Source: a virus (taxonomy: Duplodnaviria; Caudoviricetes). From it: a stretch of DNA of 54,248 nt. The notes below the pieces were generated by a model that made no database searches, was not told where the DNA came from, and saw only the letters and a program-made list of their open reading frames with translations. Where the stretch lies: IMG/VR virus record IMGVR_UViG_3300046824_000127, positions 1-54,248 of that record; one strand, 5' to 3'. The position numbers and the translations under genes were made by a program. Below, in pieces: positions 24,813 through 36,200 of the stretch; within the stretch, counting starts at the first letter, position 1; each line of letters starts with the position of its first letter.

Positions 24813-25588
24813 AGATCCTCCGGAGGATCTGGCGGCGTATACCCACCTTGACCCGTGTATGGACATCCACCTAGCGCGATGACGTTCGGGGCATTCGCCA
24901 GCCCGTTGAAGCATGCGTAGTTCGGGTTCCACCCACGATACTGAAGGAGATCGGTTCCGACTCCCGCGGTGAACGCTGGCCAGTTGAGGTTCCCATGTGG
25001 ATCATTGGCAAGGTAGTTCGGATCTCCGTATCCCACCTCAACCTGAAACTTGATCGGGAACCAGATGTCCTGATTGCCTCCGTTGAAGTAATAGTGACCT
25101 TGGTACTGGATGATCAGGTTGCCGCCACCGAGACTCAGGTGGAAGCCGTTACCTACTCGTGTGAACCCTTGGTTACCTTGGACGATCGCGTTGATGGTCC
25201 CAGGTGGTGTGCGACTCGGAGGACTCGTCCCGTAGTACGCGAGCATGTAGCCGCCGCGGTACAACCCGCGAACGCGCCAGGAGTTGTAGACCGACTCATC
25301 ACCTATCAGAACCGCCTGCGTGAAGTACGAGGTCAGATCGGCGTTGGCCTCGTTATCCACCCAAAGGTTCGACCACTCGAAGGTTCCCAGCACCGTGGGT
25401 CCCGAACCGAGCTCGAGATTGAACGGCGTATCGTCGAAGTACTGGTAGTAGTCCTCCGCGATCAGTCGCTTTCCGGTGAGCGCGTAGACCTCCTCCGGGG
25501 TGGGGATGTAGAGCGGCGCATCCTCGCTGGAGTCCAGCAGATGCGTTGGCTCGTCAACGTACCGTTCGATGGTAGGATGGATCGCCAC
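24809..25588 (-). CDS. Putative tail-associated protein
   Basis: Gly/Asn/Tyr-rich; end of tail module. Confidence 0.55.
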   Translation of the reverse strand: MAIHPTIERYVDEPTHLLDSSEDAPLYIPTPEEVYALTGKRLIAEDYYQYFDDTPFNLELGSGPTVLGTFEWSNLWVDNEANADLTSYFTQAVLIGDESVYNSWRVRGLYRGGYMLAYYGTSPPSRTPPGTINAIVQGNQGFTRVGNGFHLSLGGGNLIIQYQGHYYFNGGNQDIWFPIKFQVEVGYGDPNYLANDPHGNLNWPAFTAGVGTDLLQYRGWNPNYACFNGLANAPNVIALGGCPYTGQGGYTPPDPPEDL

Positions 25589-25935
25589 TATTCAGCCACA
25601 CCGTTGGTGAGGTTCCCGTGCCAGTGCGTCGGGCCTCCCTTGAACTCGTGAGCATGGACGCTGGGCGTAAGGGTGAGATTAGGGAACTCACCCTCACCGT
25701 GCCAGATGTAGAGATCGTCATTGAGACGGTACGCCGGGGCAAACCGAACGAACCTCGCCATGATGCAGTCACCGTCTCCCTTAGGGCAAGTGAACACCAC
25801 CGCCTCGAACCCATCCGCACGCGTCATGTGAGCCGCAGGGTCCTCAGCGAGTACTACTCTCAATTGACCTTCCTCGGCCTGATGAGCGGCAAGTAACCTA
25901 CCCAAGAGTCCGCAACCTTCGCGACGATCATCCAC
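25588..25935 (-). CDS. DUF6527-like protein (start uncertain)
   Basis: FTCP...C, W, LTLTPSV, HWHGNLTNG. Confidence 0.6.
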   Translation of the reverse strand: MDDRREGCGLLGRLLAAHQAEEGQLRVVLAEDPAAHMTRADGFEAVVFTCPKGDGDCIMARFVRFAPAYRLNDDLYIWHGEGEFPNLTLTPSVHAHEFKGGPTHWHGNLTNGVAE

Positions 25936-28900
25936 GTCCCGGCGGAGATCTTCGCGGTAGACTGCAATCGCGGGGTCTTGACTGTGATGTCCTCGTCCCC
26001 ATTCCCATCGAAGTCCGTCGTCTTGTAGAGTCGCATCGAGATGTTGTTCTTGTCAGCGGCGTCGGACTTCACGACCGCGAACCCGAAGGGGTTGTCGATA
26101 GGGAGAACCCATGCGGTGCCGTCGTTGGCTACGTAGACCGGGAGAACCTGACCGTCAAAGACCTTGTTGGTTCCCATCTTCCGACCGATACGGTTTCCAG
26201 CAGAGGTCGAGAATGCCGACCCGACTTCCGTCAGCGACATGCTCGCATAGTGGTCCTTGTTTCGATCCGGAGAGACGTAGACGTCGTGGTTCGTCCCGGT
26301 CCAGAAGCCGGCGTAGTGTGGCATGAGGTAGGCGTACTTCGACTCGTTCGAGAACGTGGGGTGGTTCGGCTTCTTGAACGTATCCGGCCAGTGACCCGAG
26401 TCGGGATCCGCCGTCACGCCAGCGAGGAACGCACCACGGTAGTCGTAGTCCTGACCGGAGTCTGTCGGAGCATTGATGAGCTTCCACGCTTGGAACTTGG
26501 ACTCCTGATCCACGGTAAGCGCGGTGTTCCACCTGGTATCGTTCGGATCAGGAGTGTCATCGAAGCCGGACGGATCTCCGTTGTCCTCGACCTGCATCGT
26601 CCCTACCATCGTCCCACCGCGAGCGGAGGTCGTGCTAGAGCTTCCACCCTTGGTCGCGTAGAACGTACCGTCCTCTGCCTTGTGGACGACGACCTGATCG
26701 CCTTCCTGGATCGGAGTGCCAGAGATATTCTGGACCTTGACCTCAGTCTCGTAGACGTCTCCCGACGCGTTGTTGCTCTTATAGAGTTTCGCGTTGAATA
26801 CACCACCGATCGGACCCGCCGGAGTCTCCGCGGTCGTTGCGACACCCACATGGGTCTGTTTCTCGGTGAGACCAAGATCGAGGGCAGAGACCTCGATGAT
26901 CTCCGCGATGTCGTCGCCCGCTGAGAGTGAGAGCGCGGCAGGTGCTGTGTCCCCGGTATCGTCGAGGTAAGCGAAATTGGATTGAGTGTGGTTACCGACA
27001 ACCACCGGGGTCCACAGCAACGCCGTGATCTGGTTCTCCTCCGTGTCATGCTCCAGCTGTTCGATCATCGCGTTTGTGACCAGCTCGGACAACGTGGACT
27101 TCACATCGTCGTACACTGTCATCGCGATCGCGTCGAGGTCCCCGATGACTCGCAGCTTCCGCCACGCGTTTGCCCATCGGTAGAACCAGAACGTAGCGGT
27201 TTTCTGAACGAGGGTCTTGTGACGGTATGCCCAGATCTCGAGGTCCCGCTTCTTGCGACCGTACGCCAGGATCGATGCAGCGTCCTTGTAGTGTAGACGC
27301 TCTGGGTGTTGCTGGCTACCACGCCGATGCCACGCCACCCACAGGTCGTTGGTGATCTGCGTGGTCTCGGTCGACGTGACCTGAACCGTTCCCTCGAGGG
27401 TCGTGTCCTCGTCGTACGTGAACGGGATGGATGTAGGAGCAGCGGATAGATACTTGAGGTACGCGGTCGATCCCAATACCGAGAGACCGCATCGACCTTG
27501 GAAGGCGATGTCCCCGGCAACCTGCAGCGCGTCCTTCCTGGCGGTGAACGAGAAGTTCATCGGGTATTTCACGCACGCGGTCTTCACGGCGAGGAACGAT
27601 GCTGCATCTACCGTAATCCCGGCTTCGGTCATCAGGTTCGAGATGATGTCTGAGACGTTCGATCCCACCGTGGTGACCAGCGTCACGAAGAGCTCGTCCT
27701 GCCATCCCGTCCCGCGGGCGGACAAGGGCTTCTCCAACGTGATCGAGGTGCAGTGCCTTCCAGCGATCACGTCGTTCAGGTTCACCGTGTAGAAGTCGGC
27801 AGGAAGCACAACCAGTTGTCGCTCCCGACCGCCACGACTGTCCAGTTGAACCTCTCGCCAGGCACGGACCTGGAGTACAGAAGTCGATGGGACATCATTG
27901 GCGACGTATACCACGTTGGTGACCAGTCGAATAGAAGTTCCCGCTGGCCATAGAGTATCGTTGACATCCAGCACACCGCGGATGTCGGCTCGCGCTCCCG
28001 TCGTGATGTAGTATAGTCCCGACGCGACGATCCAGGGGAACTGTCCACGGGTCGCGTCTCCCTTCTGGTAGAGGATGTAGTTCTTGTAACCCACGAACGA
28101 TGGCACCGTGAAGTTCCCGTACAGAACGCTTCCGCCCGGAACCTCGATGCTGTTGATCAGACCGGAAGACGACAGCTCAGCGGTGTCGAGAAGGAAGAGC
28201 CAGTTGCCAGCGAGGATCTTACCTTGCGTATCCCATGCGGAGTACCGCGGGTCAGCTTCCCACGTGTTGTTCTCATTGGGATCCTGCTCGATCGAGGTCA
28301 ACTCAGACCTATCGTTCGAGTAGATGATGCCCTTGCTCTCGTTCCTCGAGGTGATGTGGAAGCGGAGGATCACGACAGGGTCGGTGGCGATAGACTCGAA
28401 CTTCCCGGTCAGGTACTCGTTTCCGATCTCCACAGTGACCAGGGTGTTGAGCGGGAAGGTCACGTCGTCTGCGACCTCGATGTCCACATGGTCAAACGTG
28501 GGTTGGAGCTCGCGGATCAACGTGCCCTTCGGGGCATCCACTACGAGGACCGCTGGTGCGTCGACCGGCGTGCCGTAGCATCGTGGCCACGGCTTGTTCC
28601 ACGCGAACTCCTGCAAACCGCTCGACTCGTCAGGCGCGAACGGGACCTCGGTATCGGAGTTGGACTCGTAGAAGGCGATGATGTCGAGCTCGAACGTCCT
28701 ACTGTCTTCGCTCCAAACGATAGGTGATCCGATTCTACCTACCATCAGCTCTACCGCATCGGCCACGTTGCCATCGAAGATCTGGAGAACCCTGGCGGTC
28801 CTTCCTTCGAGCCGCGTATTCCCGATCATCGTCAGGAAGTAGAAGTCCTCATCGCTGAGTTTGACGGAGATCGAACCGGCGGTTGCCGGAGCGCTTTCCG

Positions 28901-29069
28901 CGATCTGCATGTTCGCGTTGCCGAGCTCCATGATCCGACCGTCGGTACCGTCGAGGTCGCGATCCGCGAAAGTGAGCTTCCCGGCTCCGGTGTCGATCTC
29001 AACCAGGATGGCGGACTCATGTCCCTCGGTCGTCGCCGCAATCAGGTTGGCTGCGCTGACGCTTCTCAT
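25860..29069 (-). CDS. Tail tip/baseplate hub protein
   Basis: 1069 aa downstream of tape measure; PWPRCYG motif typical of hub proteins. Confidence 0.7.
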   Translation of the reverse strand: MRSVSAANLIAATTEGHESAILVEIDTGAGKLTFADRDLDGTDGRIMELGNANMQIAESAPATAGSISVKLSDEDFYFLTMIGNTRLEGRTARVLQIFDGNVADAVELMVGRIGSPIVWSEDSRTFELDIIAFYESNSDTEVPFAPDESSGLQEFAWNKPWPRCYGTPVDAPAVLVVDAPKGTLIRELQPTFDHVDIEVADDVTFPLNTLVTVEIGNEYLTGKFESIATDPVVILRFHITSRNESKGIIYSNDRSELTSIEQDPNENNTWEADPRYSAWDTQGKILAGNWLFLLDTAELSSSGLINSIEVPGGSVLYGNFTVPSFVGYKNYILYQKGDATRGQFPWIVASGLYYITTGARADIRGVLDVNDTLWPAGTSIRLVTNVVYVANDVPSTSVLQVRAWREVQLDSRGGRERQLVVLPADFYTVNLNDVIAGRHCTSITLEKPLSARGTGWQDELFVTLVTTVGSNVSDIISNLMTEAGITVDAASFLAVKTACVKYPMNFSFTARKDALQVAGDIAFQGRCGLSVLGSTAYLKYLSAAPTSIPFTYDEDTTLEGTVQVTSTETTQITNDLWVAWHRRGSQQHPERLHYKDAASILAYGRKKRDLEIWAYRHKTLVQKTATFWFYRWANAWRKLRVIGDLDAIAMTVYDDVKSTLSELVTNAMIEQLEHDTEENQITALLWTPVVVGNHTQSNFAYLDDTGDTAPAALSLSAGDDIAEIIEVSALDLGLTEKQTHVGVATTAETPAGPIGGVFNAKLYKSNNASGDVYETEVKVQNISGTPIQEGDQVVVHKAEDGTFYATKGGSSSTTSARGGTMVGTMQVEDNGDPSGFDDTPDPNDTRWNTALTVDQESKFQAWKLINAPTDSGQDYDYRGAFLAGVTADPDSGHWPDTFKKPNHPTFSNESKYAYLMPHYAGFWTGTNHDVYVSPDRNKDHYASMSLTEVGSAFSTSAGNRIGRKMGTNKVFDGQVLPVYVANDGTAWVLPIDNPFGFAVVKSDAADKNNISMRLYKTTDFDGNGDEDITVKTPRLQSTAKISAGTWMIVAKVADSWVGYLPLIRPRKVN

Positions 29070-32000
29070 GACGCGAGGATCCCTTCGAACTCCAGCGCGA
29101 ACTGACCACCGCGGTCACGTCCTTCTTCAGCGAGATCGATGTCCGAGGTGGTGATGTACCCGATCCACTTCCTGTTCTTCTCGTCGATGTAGTAGATCTT
29201 CTTGCCCTTGCACACGCGCAGGAAGTTGCGGACCTGTTCGAGCTTCAGGTACGAGAGGGACTCGAAGGTGATTGACTGCGGCTCATAGGTCGGGGTACGC
29301 GAGTGCGGTCGAAGCTTCCCACCACGGGTTCGATTGACCTTCACCTGCAACGCCTGACGGCGGGAGTTCCCATACTCAGGTCGCTTGAGCTGAACCGTGA
29401 GCGAGAGGTTCGGCAGTGGACCGATCAGATAGACGATGTTCACATCATCTTCGCTGGCCGGAAGCGGGCGCTCGGGCGTGAACCCCGGTTGGCATCCCTC
29501 GTCCGCCTTCATCGCCACAAGACCGACGATGAAGTTGATGATCCCGGACATCGTCTTCTTCAGCGAAGCGTTGTACGTCAGGGACTGCGTGAAGTTGATC
29601 ACCTGCGAGAAGACCTGTCGCTTGACCACGTTGACCACGAACGCCCCAGAGAAGGCGATAGAGTTCGTCATCGTTGCGGAGACCACGCGATTGAGGCGAG
29701 ACTCGAAGTTGATGCTCTGGTGGATGTCCAGCGTCGGGGACTTCACGCCACTGAGCGTGCTGGTGAAATGGACGGTCTGTGTGATCGGCTGGACGTTCAC
29801 ACCTGCGTCCAGGTGCTGCGTGAAGTCGATGTTGTTCGTCATCGCCCTGGTCCGGGCGAAGTTCAACCTGGAGAAGAAGTTGATCGTGTTGCGGAGCGTG
29901 AGCGAGCGAACCGCGGACAGGGCCGACGTGAAGTTGATCGTGTTGGTCAGGACTCGACGCTGGGTCGACAGGATCGACGTGAAGTTGAGCGTCGTCTCCA
30001 TCGCGGCCGCGTTGCCCGAGATGATGTCCGTGGAGTAGAAGTACTCCTCCGAACCTCGCATCGACCCTACCACGCCACGCGTGTAGTTGAGCGAGCTCCC
30101 GTAACCCGGACCGTGAACCGTCTGCACCGAGTCACGTGCGTTGGCCGTGATTTGGAAGTAGGTCCACGAGGCGTCCGATCCGCGCTTCGCCATGGTGACA
30201 TTGAGACCCAGCGAGGCCGAAGCCCAGCAGATCACCGGGGTGCGCAGGTTCAGCGAGAGCGAAGGGTAATCCTGGTCATCGTCCACGTCAGTGTGAACGT
30301 ACTCCACCGCACCCCACGCGGTCGTCCGCTGGAAGTACGCAATCCGGACTCGGCCGGTGTAGAGCGTCCCGCGAACGCGGCAGGCGACGTGAACGTAACC
30401 ACGGTCGTCCACCGCGATCGAGATGCCGGAGTGGAAGTCCGTGATGTTGTTGCCACCGTACCCAGTCGCGATCAACTCCTCGGTTCCCCACGCGCCACTG
30501 GAGTACTTGCGGTAATAGAGCTTGTGGGTCGACGAGGACCGGATCGAGTAGACCGCGTGGACATTGCCCGAGGCATCGAGGCACGAGGCGACTCGACGGT
30601 AGACGTGCGGACCGGTTCCGGAACCGTCACCGTTCTTGACCAGGACTCCCGCAGCCCACGTGACGAGGTCGGCCGAGGTTCGACTGTAGACGCGACGATC
30701 GCTGGTGCTGGTGATGTAGGCGTACACCATCATGTACGTCGAGCCGGTGTACATGATTTGGAAGGAACCGCTCTCCGCGATCGGTTCGTTGAGCTGCTTC
30801 TTCAGGACCCACGAGGTTCCATTCCACAGGTAGATGTAGAAGTCGTCGTTGCTCGGGCGGGTGAGGACGAGAGCCGGTGCATCGCCAGCTCCAATGCACA
30901 TCGCCATTCCCGCCGGTACCCAAGTGGGACCGACGACCGTCACCGTCCACGTGGTTCCGTTGTCGCTGGAGTACGCGACCTTGACCGCGCCTCCCTCGTA
31001 GTACACGTGCCACAGGATGCCAGCCGCCGACTTGATGATCTGACGACCACCACCCTGGACCCGCGTGACCGCGGACGCAACCACGCTCCGGATGATGAAG
31101 CCCTGCAGCGAGAGGGTCTGATTGAACCGGATCGTCTGGGAGATCGTCTTCGGGTACGTGCCCGAGTCCAGGTCGCTGGAGACGAAGACCTTCCAGTCGT
31201 TGTCGTTGTTGTTGAAGTACCCGATCAAGTCGCCAGCCTTCAGGCGGCTGGTGCTTCCATCGCTGAGGATCGAGATCCCGTATTGATCCTTTGCTTCGTC
31301 CAGGAACTCTGTGATCACCCAGGAACCGGTGGACTTGTCGGAACTCTTGATGCTGAAGTGGGTGGTATCCGCTCCACCGTTCTTCATGTCCGACCAGATC
31401 TTCCATGACGTAGCCGAGTAGTACATCACCCGACAATCGTGATAGCTGGCGTCCAGGTAACCGTTGCTGTCCGAACCTCCCCACGTTCCGCTGGTCCGTA
31501 GCCTGGTTCGGATGATGTCGTTTCGCGCGCCGCTCTGATAGTCGCGGTAGATGATGCGCATGTCTGAGGTCCCAGGAACCCACGCGAGGTGAATTCCGCG
31601 AGGTCCCAAGCCAGCGCTGTACGGTCCACCCATCGATGAGCTGATGTCGGTCGTGGTGATCGAGGCAGTTCCACCCGACCAACCACTGGTCAGCTGAACT
31701 CGCCACATCGCCTCAGCACCGGTGCGAACGATGCAGACACCATCGATCGCACCGGTGGAGTCCATGAGAAGCCAGGACTGACCACCGGTATTTCCCGACG
31801 TTCCCATGTTGATGATGGACGCCGGAGCTCCCCAGGTCGACATGTCGTTCTGCGACACTGAGTACCGCATCGGGTTGCTGGCGGTCGTGTCGATCCAGGT
31901 CAACAGCCACGAGTTCGGAACCGTGGGATGCTGGAACAGGTGAATGCGAACCGAGGGTTCAAGCGAGGCAGGCGTTACCGTTCCCTTCGCGACCCACGAA

Positions 32001-32329
32001 CCGCTCTCGCGCCGGAACATGCGGATCCGGATACCGACCGTGTCCTGCAGCATCACGGCAACGACCGGAAGTCCCGCGGCATCCGCGGTCAGGTAGTAGT
32101 TCCACTGACCAGGGTTAGCCGGGGTACTCGGGGTGAAGACGATTTCCTCGGAACCCCATGTGAGACCGAAGTCCGAAGATGAACGTGCACAGACCTTGTT
32201 GCCAGTTGCGCTTTGGTACAGCGTCCATACGATGGCACCGATCCGCACCATGCGGTCGTTTGAATACGCGCTAATGTTTCCATTAGCCGAATTCGACTCG
32301 ATCGTTACGTTCGTCCACGTAGTCGGCAT
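29066..32329 (-). CDS. Large tail protein: BNR/beta-propeller domains, repeat stalk, distal-tail-like C-terminus
   Basis: SSDFGLTW and SSDNGTTW Asp-boxes; about nine INF-type repeats. Confidence 0.7.
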   Translation of the reverse strand: MPTTWTNVTIESNSANGNISAYSNDRMVRIGAIVWTLYQSATGNKVCARSSSDFGLTWGSEEIVFTPSTPANPGQWNYYLTADAAGLPVVAVMLQDTVGIRIRMFRRESGSWVAKGTVTPASLEPSVRIHLFQHPTVPNSWLLTWIDTTASNPMRYSVSQNDMSTWGAPASIINMGTSGNTGGQSWLLMDSTGAIDGVCIVRTGAEAMWRVQLTSGWSGGTASITTTDISSSMGGPYSAGLGPRGIHLAWVPGTSDMRIIYRDYQSGARNDIIRTRLRTSGTWGGSDSNGYLDASYHDCRVMYYSATSWKIWSDMKNGGADTTHFSIKSSDKSTGSWVITEFLDEAKDQYGISILSDGSTSRLKAGDLIGYFNNNDNDWKVFVSSDLDSGTYPKTISQTIRFNQTLSLQGFIIRSVVASAVTRVQGGGRQIIKSAAGILWHVYYEGGAVKVAYSSDNGTTWTVTVVGPTWVPAGMAMCIGAGDAPALVLTRPSNDDFYIYLWNGTSWVLKKQLNEPIAESGSFQIMYTGSTYMMVYAYITSTSDRRVYSRTSADLVTWAAGVLVKNGDGSGTGPHVYRRVASCLDASGNVHAVYSIRSSSTHKLYYRKYSSGAWGTEELIATGYGGNNITDFHSGISIAVDDRGYVHVACRVRGTLYTGRVRIAYFQRTTAWGAVEYVHTDVDDDQDYPSLSLNLRTPVICWASASLGLNVTMAKRGSDASWTYFQITANARDSVQTVHGPGYGSSLNYTRGVVGSMRGSEEYFYSTDIISGNAAAMETTLNFTSILSTQRRVLTNTINFTSALSAVRSLTLRNTINFFSRLNFARTRAMTNNIDFTQHLDAGVNVQPITQTVHFTSTLSGVKSPTLDIHQSINFESRLNRVVSATMTNSIAFSGAFVVNVVKRQVFSQVINFTQSLTYNASLKKTMSGIINFIVGLVAMKADEGCQPGFTPERPLPASEDDVNIVYLIGPLPNLSLTVQLKRPEYGNSRRQALQVKVNRTRGGKLRPHSRTPTYEPQSITFESLSYLKLEQVRNFLRVCKGKKIYYIDEKNRKWIGYITTSDIDLAEEGRDRGGQFALEFEGILAS

Positions 32330-32343
32330 GTTCACCCCGAAAG

Positions 32344-32412
32344 CCGGCAGGGCGTCAGGCTTTCGCCGCTACCCTGCCGGTGAAGAGAGGGAAGCCCGCC
32401 GTGCCGGGCTTG
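32344..32412 (-). terminator. Two hairpins after the 32425-33285 gene
   Basis: Minus strand AAGCCCG-N6-CGGGCTT plus pyrimidine run; then CCGGCAGGG...GAAA...CCCTGCCGG. Confidence 0.5.
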
Positions 32413-32424
32413 CAGCCGCGAGGT

Positions 32425-33285
32425 CTAGCTCGCGGTCGTGCTCAGGGTGTACGTGAGCTTCAGCGTGTCGCCGTTGCTCACCGTCTGGTTGCCGCCGGAG
32501 AACGTGGCGGTCATGAACAGCGTGCCCGTGGTGCCGGACTTCGTGCTGACCGAGGTCAGGAAGCCACCGGCCACCGTGCCGCTGCCGTTCATCGAGAAGT
32601 CGGACGTCGTGTTCGAGGTGTTGCTGCCGGCGGCCGCGGCGGTCTCGTCCCACGCGACGCGGTTGGTCTGCGAGTACGTCGTGTACTCCGTCCAGCCGGC
32701 GTGCGAGCTCATCACGTCCGCCGCGGCGAGTGTCGGCGTCGACGCGCCGTTGATGAGTCCGAGATACCACGTGGTCACCTGCGTGCCGGCGTGGAACTCG
32801 GTGTCGAGGATGTGGTTCAGGCCGGCGGTCGTGATCCCGTTGATCTCGGCCGTGCGCTCCGAGATCAGGTTCCCGTCCTTGTCGTACTGCTGGCTGGTGA
32901 GAGTCCCGCCGGCGGCCAGGATCATCGCCACGCCCATGCGGATCGCGTAGCGCTTGACCATGTTCCACGGCATGAACTTCATCAGGTTCGCGATCCAGGC
33001 CTTCGCCTTCGACCGCAGTCCCTTGAACGAGAGCACGAGCTTCTCGCCGATGGTCGTGGCGCCGCGATCGGCCTCGACCCGCATCCGCAGCTTGTCCCGC
33101 AGATCGATCAGGTCCTCGGGCGGGAGATTCTCGAACTCCGCCCTCAGCTGTTCGAAACTGTGGAACCGACGCAGACGGAGGTCGAACTCCCGCTGCGCCG
33201 TGCGGGCGGCGAGATCCGCCACGCGCCTCGCTTCCTGCTCCGGCGTCAGCCGGACCTTCTCGACGTCGATCCGTCCAGCGTCCAT
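32425..33285 (-). CDS. Virion structural protein
   Basis: NGITTAGLNHIL, WYLGL, GDTLKLTYT; strong codon bias. Confidence 0.7.
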   Translation of the reverse strand: MDAGRIDVEKVRLTPEQEARRVADLAARTAQREFDLRLRRFHSFEQLRAEFENLPPEDLIDLRDKLRMRVEADRGATTIGEKLVLSFKGLRSKAKAWIANLMKFMPWNMVKRYAIRMGVAMILAAGGTLTSQQYDKDGNLISERTAEINGITTAGLNHILDTEFHAGTQVTTWYLGLINGASTPTLAAADVMSSHAGWTEYTTYSQTNRVAWDETAAAAGSNTSNTTSDFSMNGSGTVAGGFLTSVSTKSGTTGTLFMTATFSGGNQTVSNGDTLKLTYTLSTTAS

Positions 33286-33286
33286 G

Positions 33287-36200
33287 TCACTTCCTCCTGG
33301 TAAGAGCGGGTGCTTCGCCTCGCTCGATGTGCCTCTTCAGGTCCCTCGCCAGCTTCCGAGCATCGGCCTTCTTCGGTCCACCACCCTCGGAGCCGGCATT
33401 GATTGTGGTGCCCCGCATGTCTACGTTCGTCGTGTTGTTCACGTTGCTGGTTCCCTGCAGTCCGTCCCACCATGAGGTCCACGGTGGCGTCTTGCCGGTA
33501 CCTTCGTACAGCATCTTCCTTGTCGACTCGTCGTTCCCGAGCGCGCTGTTCAGGAAGTCCGGAACGGTCGCCAACTCGGTCTTCAGCTCCTTGACCTTCT
33601 CGATTGTCCGGTCGAGAGCGGAGAGGGCTGGATCGTTGTCGATCGTAACGAAGAACTGCGCGTCACCCATTAGCTTCATGATCCGATCCTTGAGCGTCTT
33701 CAACGCCTCCTCGGTCGGAGCCTTGCTCAACTTCGTGATATCGCGAGTCAGGTCGGTGACACCTTGCTCGAACTCCTTGAACTTCTGCTCGATGAGGTTC
33801 GCCTTGTCGGTGAAGGCCTTGGCCGCCTTCTCCGAAGAGTCGATCCGCTTCTTCGTCGCCTCCTGTTCGGCCTCGTAAACCTTGTCCATCTGGTCCTTGA
33901 GGCGCTGCATTGCCTCGATGACCGTCTCACGGTTCTTCTTCGTGTTCGCGCTGTCCACACCGAGGATGGACTCGTAGATCCCGGAGGCCTCTTGGACGAG
34001 TCGCTGGACTTCGTCGCGGTCGCCGATCTTCGCAGCGACGTTCGCGCGTTCCTCGAGGATCTGACCCTTCGCGATCCGGTTCTTGACGATCTCGTCCGGC
34101 TTCTGATCTTGCTCCTTGATCTTGTCGATGGAGTTCTGAACCGAGTCGTCGTACTTCTCTCGGTCCTTGATCAGGTCCTTCATCTCACCCTTGAGCTTCT
34201 TGGTGAGAGTCTCCTGTTCAGTAGCGAGCTTGCGGTAACCGGCGATGACCTGCTTGACCGCCTCGCTGTTGTCGTGGACCCACTCCTTCAAGAGAGTCTT
34301 GCCGGAGTCGACCTGATCCTTCAACAGGTTGACCACGAGTTCCTGCGTCGCCTTCGCCTGTTCACGGATTGCCTCGGTCGCCTTCTTCGTGACGGCCGTG
34401 AGCGAGGCCTGATACTTCACCATCGCCGCGTGATCTTCGGCCGAGTTCTTCATCACGACGTCCAGATCCGCGATCTCCTGCTGGAGGTCGTGGATCTTGT
34501 CCGCGTTCTCGGCGAGCGCCTTCCCCAGCGCTGCCGCTGGCTTGAAGACGTTCTCCATCCCGTGACCCCACTCCTCGAACGTCTTGTCGATGTCCGACAC
34601 TCGTTGACGTTGCTGGTCGTGGACTTCGGTCAACTGCTGCTGGATCTCGTCTCGCTGCTTGGTAAGCTGGTCGATCTTCTCCTTGAGGATCGGTTCATCG
34701 CGCGAACCGAGCTGGGTCTTCAATCGGAAGATCGCGTCGTTGACACGTTCGATATCGCCAAGCAGGGACTTCTCTCGCAGTCCCTGGAACATGCCGGCGA
34801 TCATCTTGCCGCCGACCTCGAAGCCCTTGTAGACCGTGTAGACCGCGCCGGCGATCGCACCGAGAACTGCCATCACGCCGGTACCCACGAACTCCATCGC
34901 GCCCAGGAAGTAACGGACCGCGAGTTCGATCTGCTTGAAGCCCTGCGAGATCTTCATCTGCGCGGCCTCGACACCGCCCGAGCTATCGACCCACTCGTTG
35001 AAGCTCTTCATGACCGCGATGCCCATCTCCATTGCCGATTGACGCATCTGTGCCATCAACCGGTTCCAACGGACCTCAGTCGTATCCATCATTTCGTTGA
35101 AGTGCTGGTCACCGACTCCGACCGAGTTGTACATGTCCTCCATGATGGACTTGAGAGCATCGAACTGGGAGCCAGTGATCTCACCCCACGCCCGGAGTTC
35201 ACGGAAGTCGTCCGTGATCTGCTCGACGATTGCAGGGTTCTTCTCCAACGCGTCGTGGATCTTCTCGATCTGCTTGATCAAGCCCTCAGCCTTCGTCTGT
35301 TCGGGCGAGAGCGTGATGTTCAGGTCGCGGAGGATCTTCTTCGCTTCCGGACCTTGCTTGGAGATCAGCTTGAAGAGGTTGATGAGCATCGTACCGGCTT
35401 GCTCGGGACCCTTGGTCCGAGACAGCGCGGCAAAACCAGCGAGCATCTCCTGCATGTTCACGCCAGCGGTGGCGGCGACCGAGGAGATCTTGCCGATCTC
35501 GCCGGAGAACTGCTCGACCTCGACACGACCGCGATCCGTCATCACGAAGATCATGTCGCGTAGGCGACTCATGTCCTTCGTGGTGAGGTTGAACGCGTTG
35601 CGCATCATGGACATCATGTCCGCGGTCTTCTCGATCGTGGCGGACTGCGTGACCGCGAGCTTGCCGGCTTCCTCCATAAACTTCGCGACTTCACCGGGAG
35701 GCACATCGCTGGAGATCGCGATGCGGAAGCCTTCGGCGCTTGCCATCGGCGACATGCCGAATGCCTTCGAGAACTCCTTCACCTGGTTCGTGAGGGTCGG
35801 AAGATCGGACTCGCCCTTCTTGACGAGGATCATGATCCGAGCCATCGCGTGCTCGAAGTCGGACGCCATCTTGAACGTAGCACCGATAGAGGCACCGGTG
35901 ATGATCGCGAAGAGACCGCCGATGCTGGCGGTCATGAACGCCATCGAGCTACCGGCCGACGTCAGCGAGCGGACCAGAGACATGACGCCCTTGCTCGCGA
36001 GCTGGCTACCACGCTCGATGTTCTGGAAGAGACCGGTAACGAACTTCGACTCGAGCTTGCCACCCTTGCCGAACAGACCGCCGAAGATGTCGCTACCGGC
36101 AGGCTTGGTGATGTACTGCTTCGCGGTAGCGGAGCTCATCGACACGTACATCTGGTCCATCTCTCGACGAACCTCGTTGGCACGGATCTTCGCCATCTCT

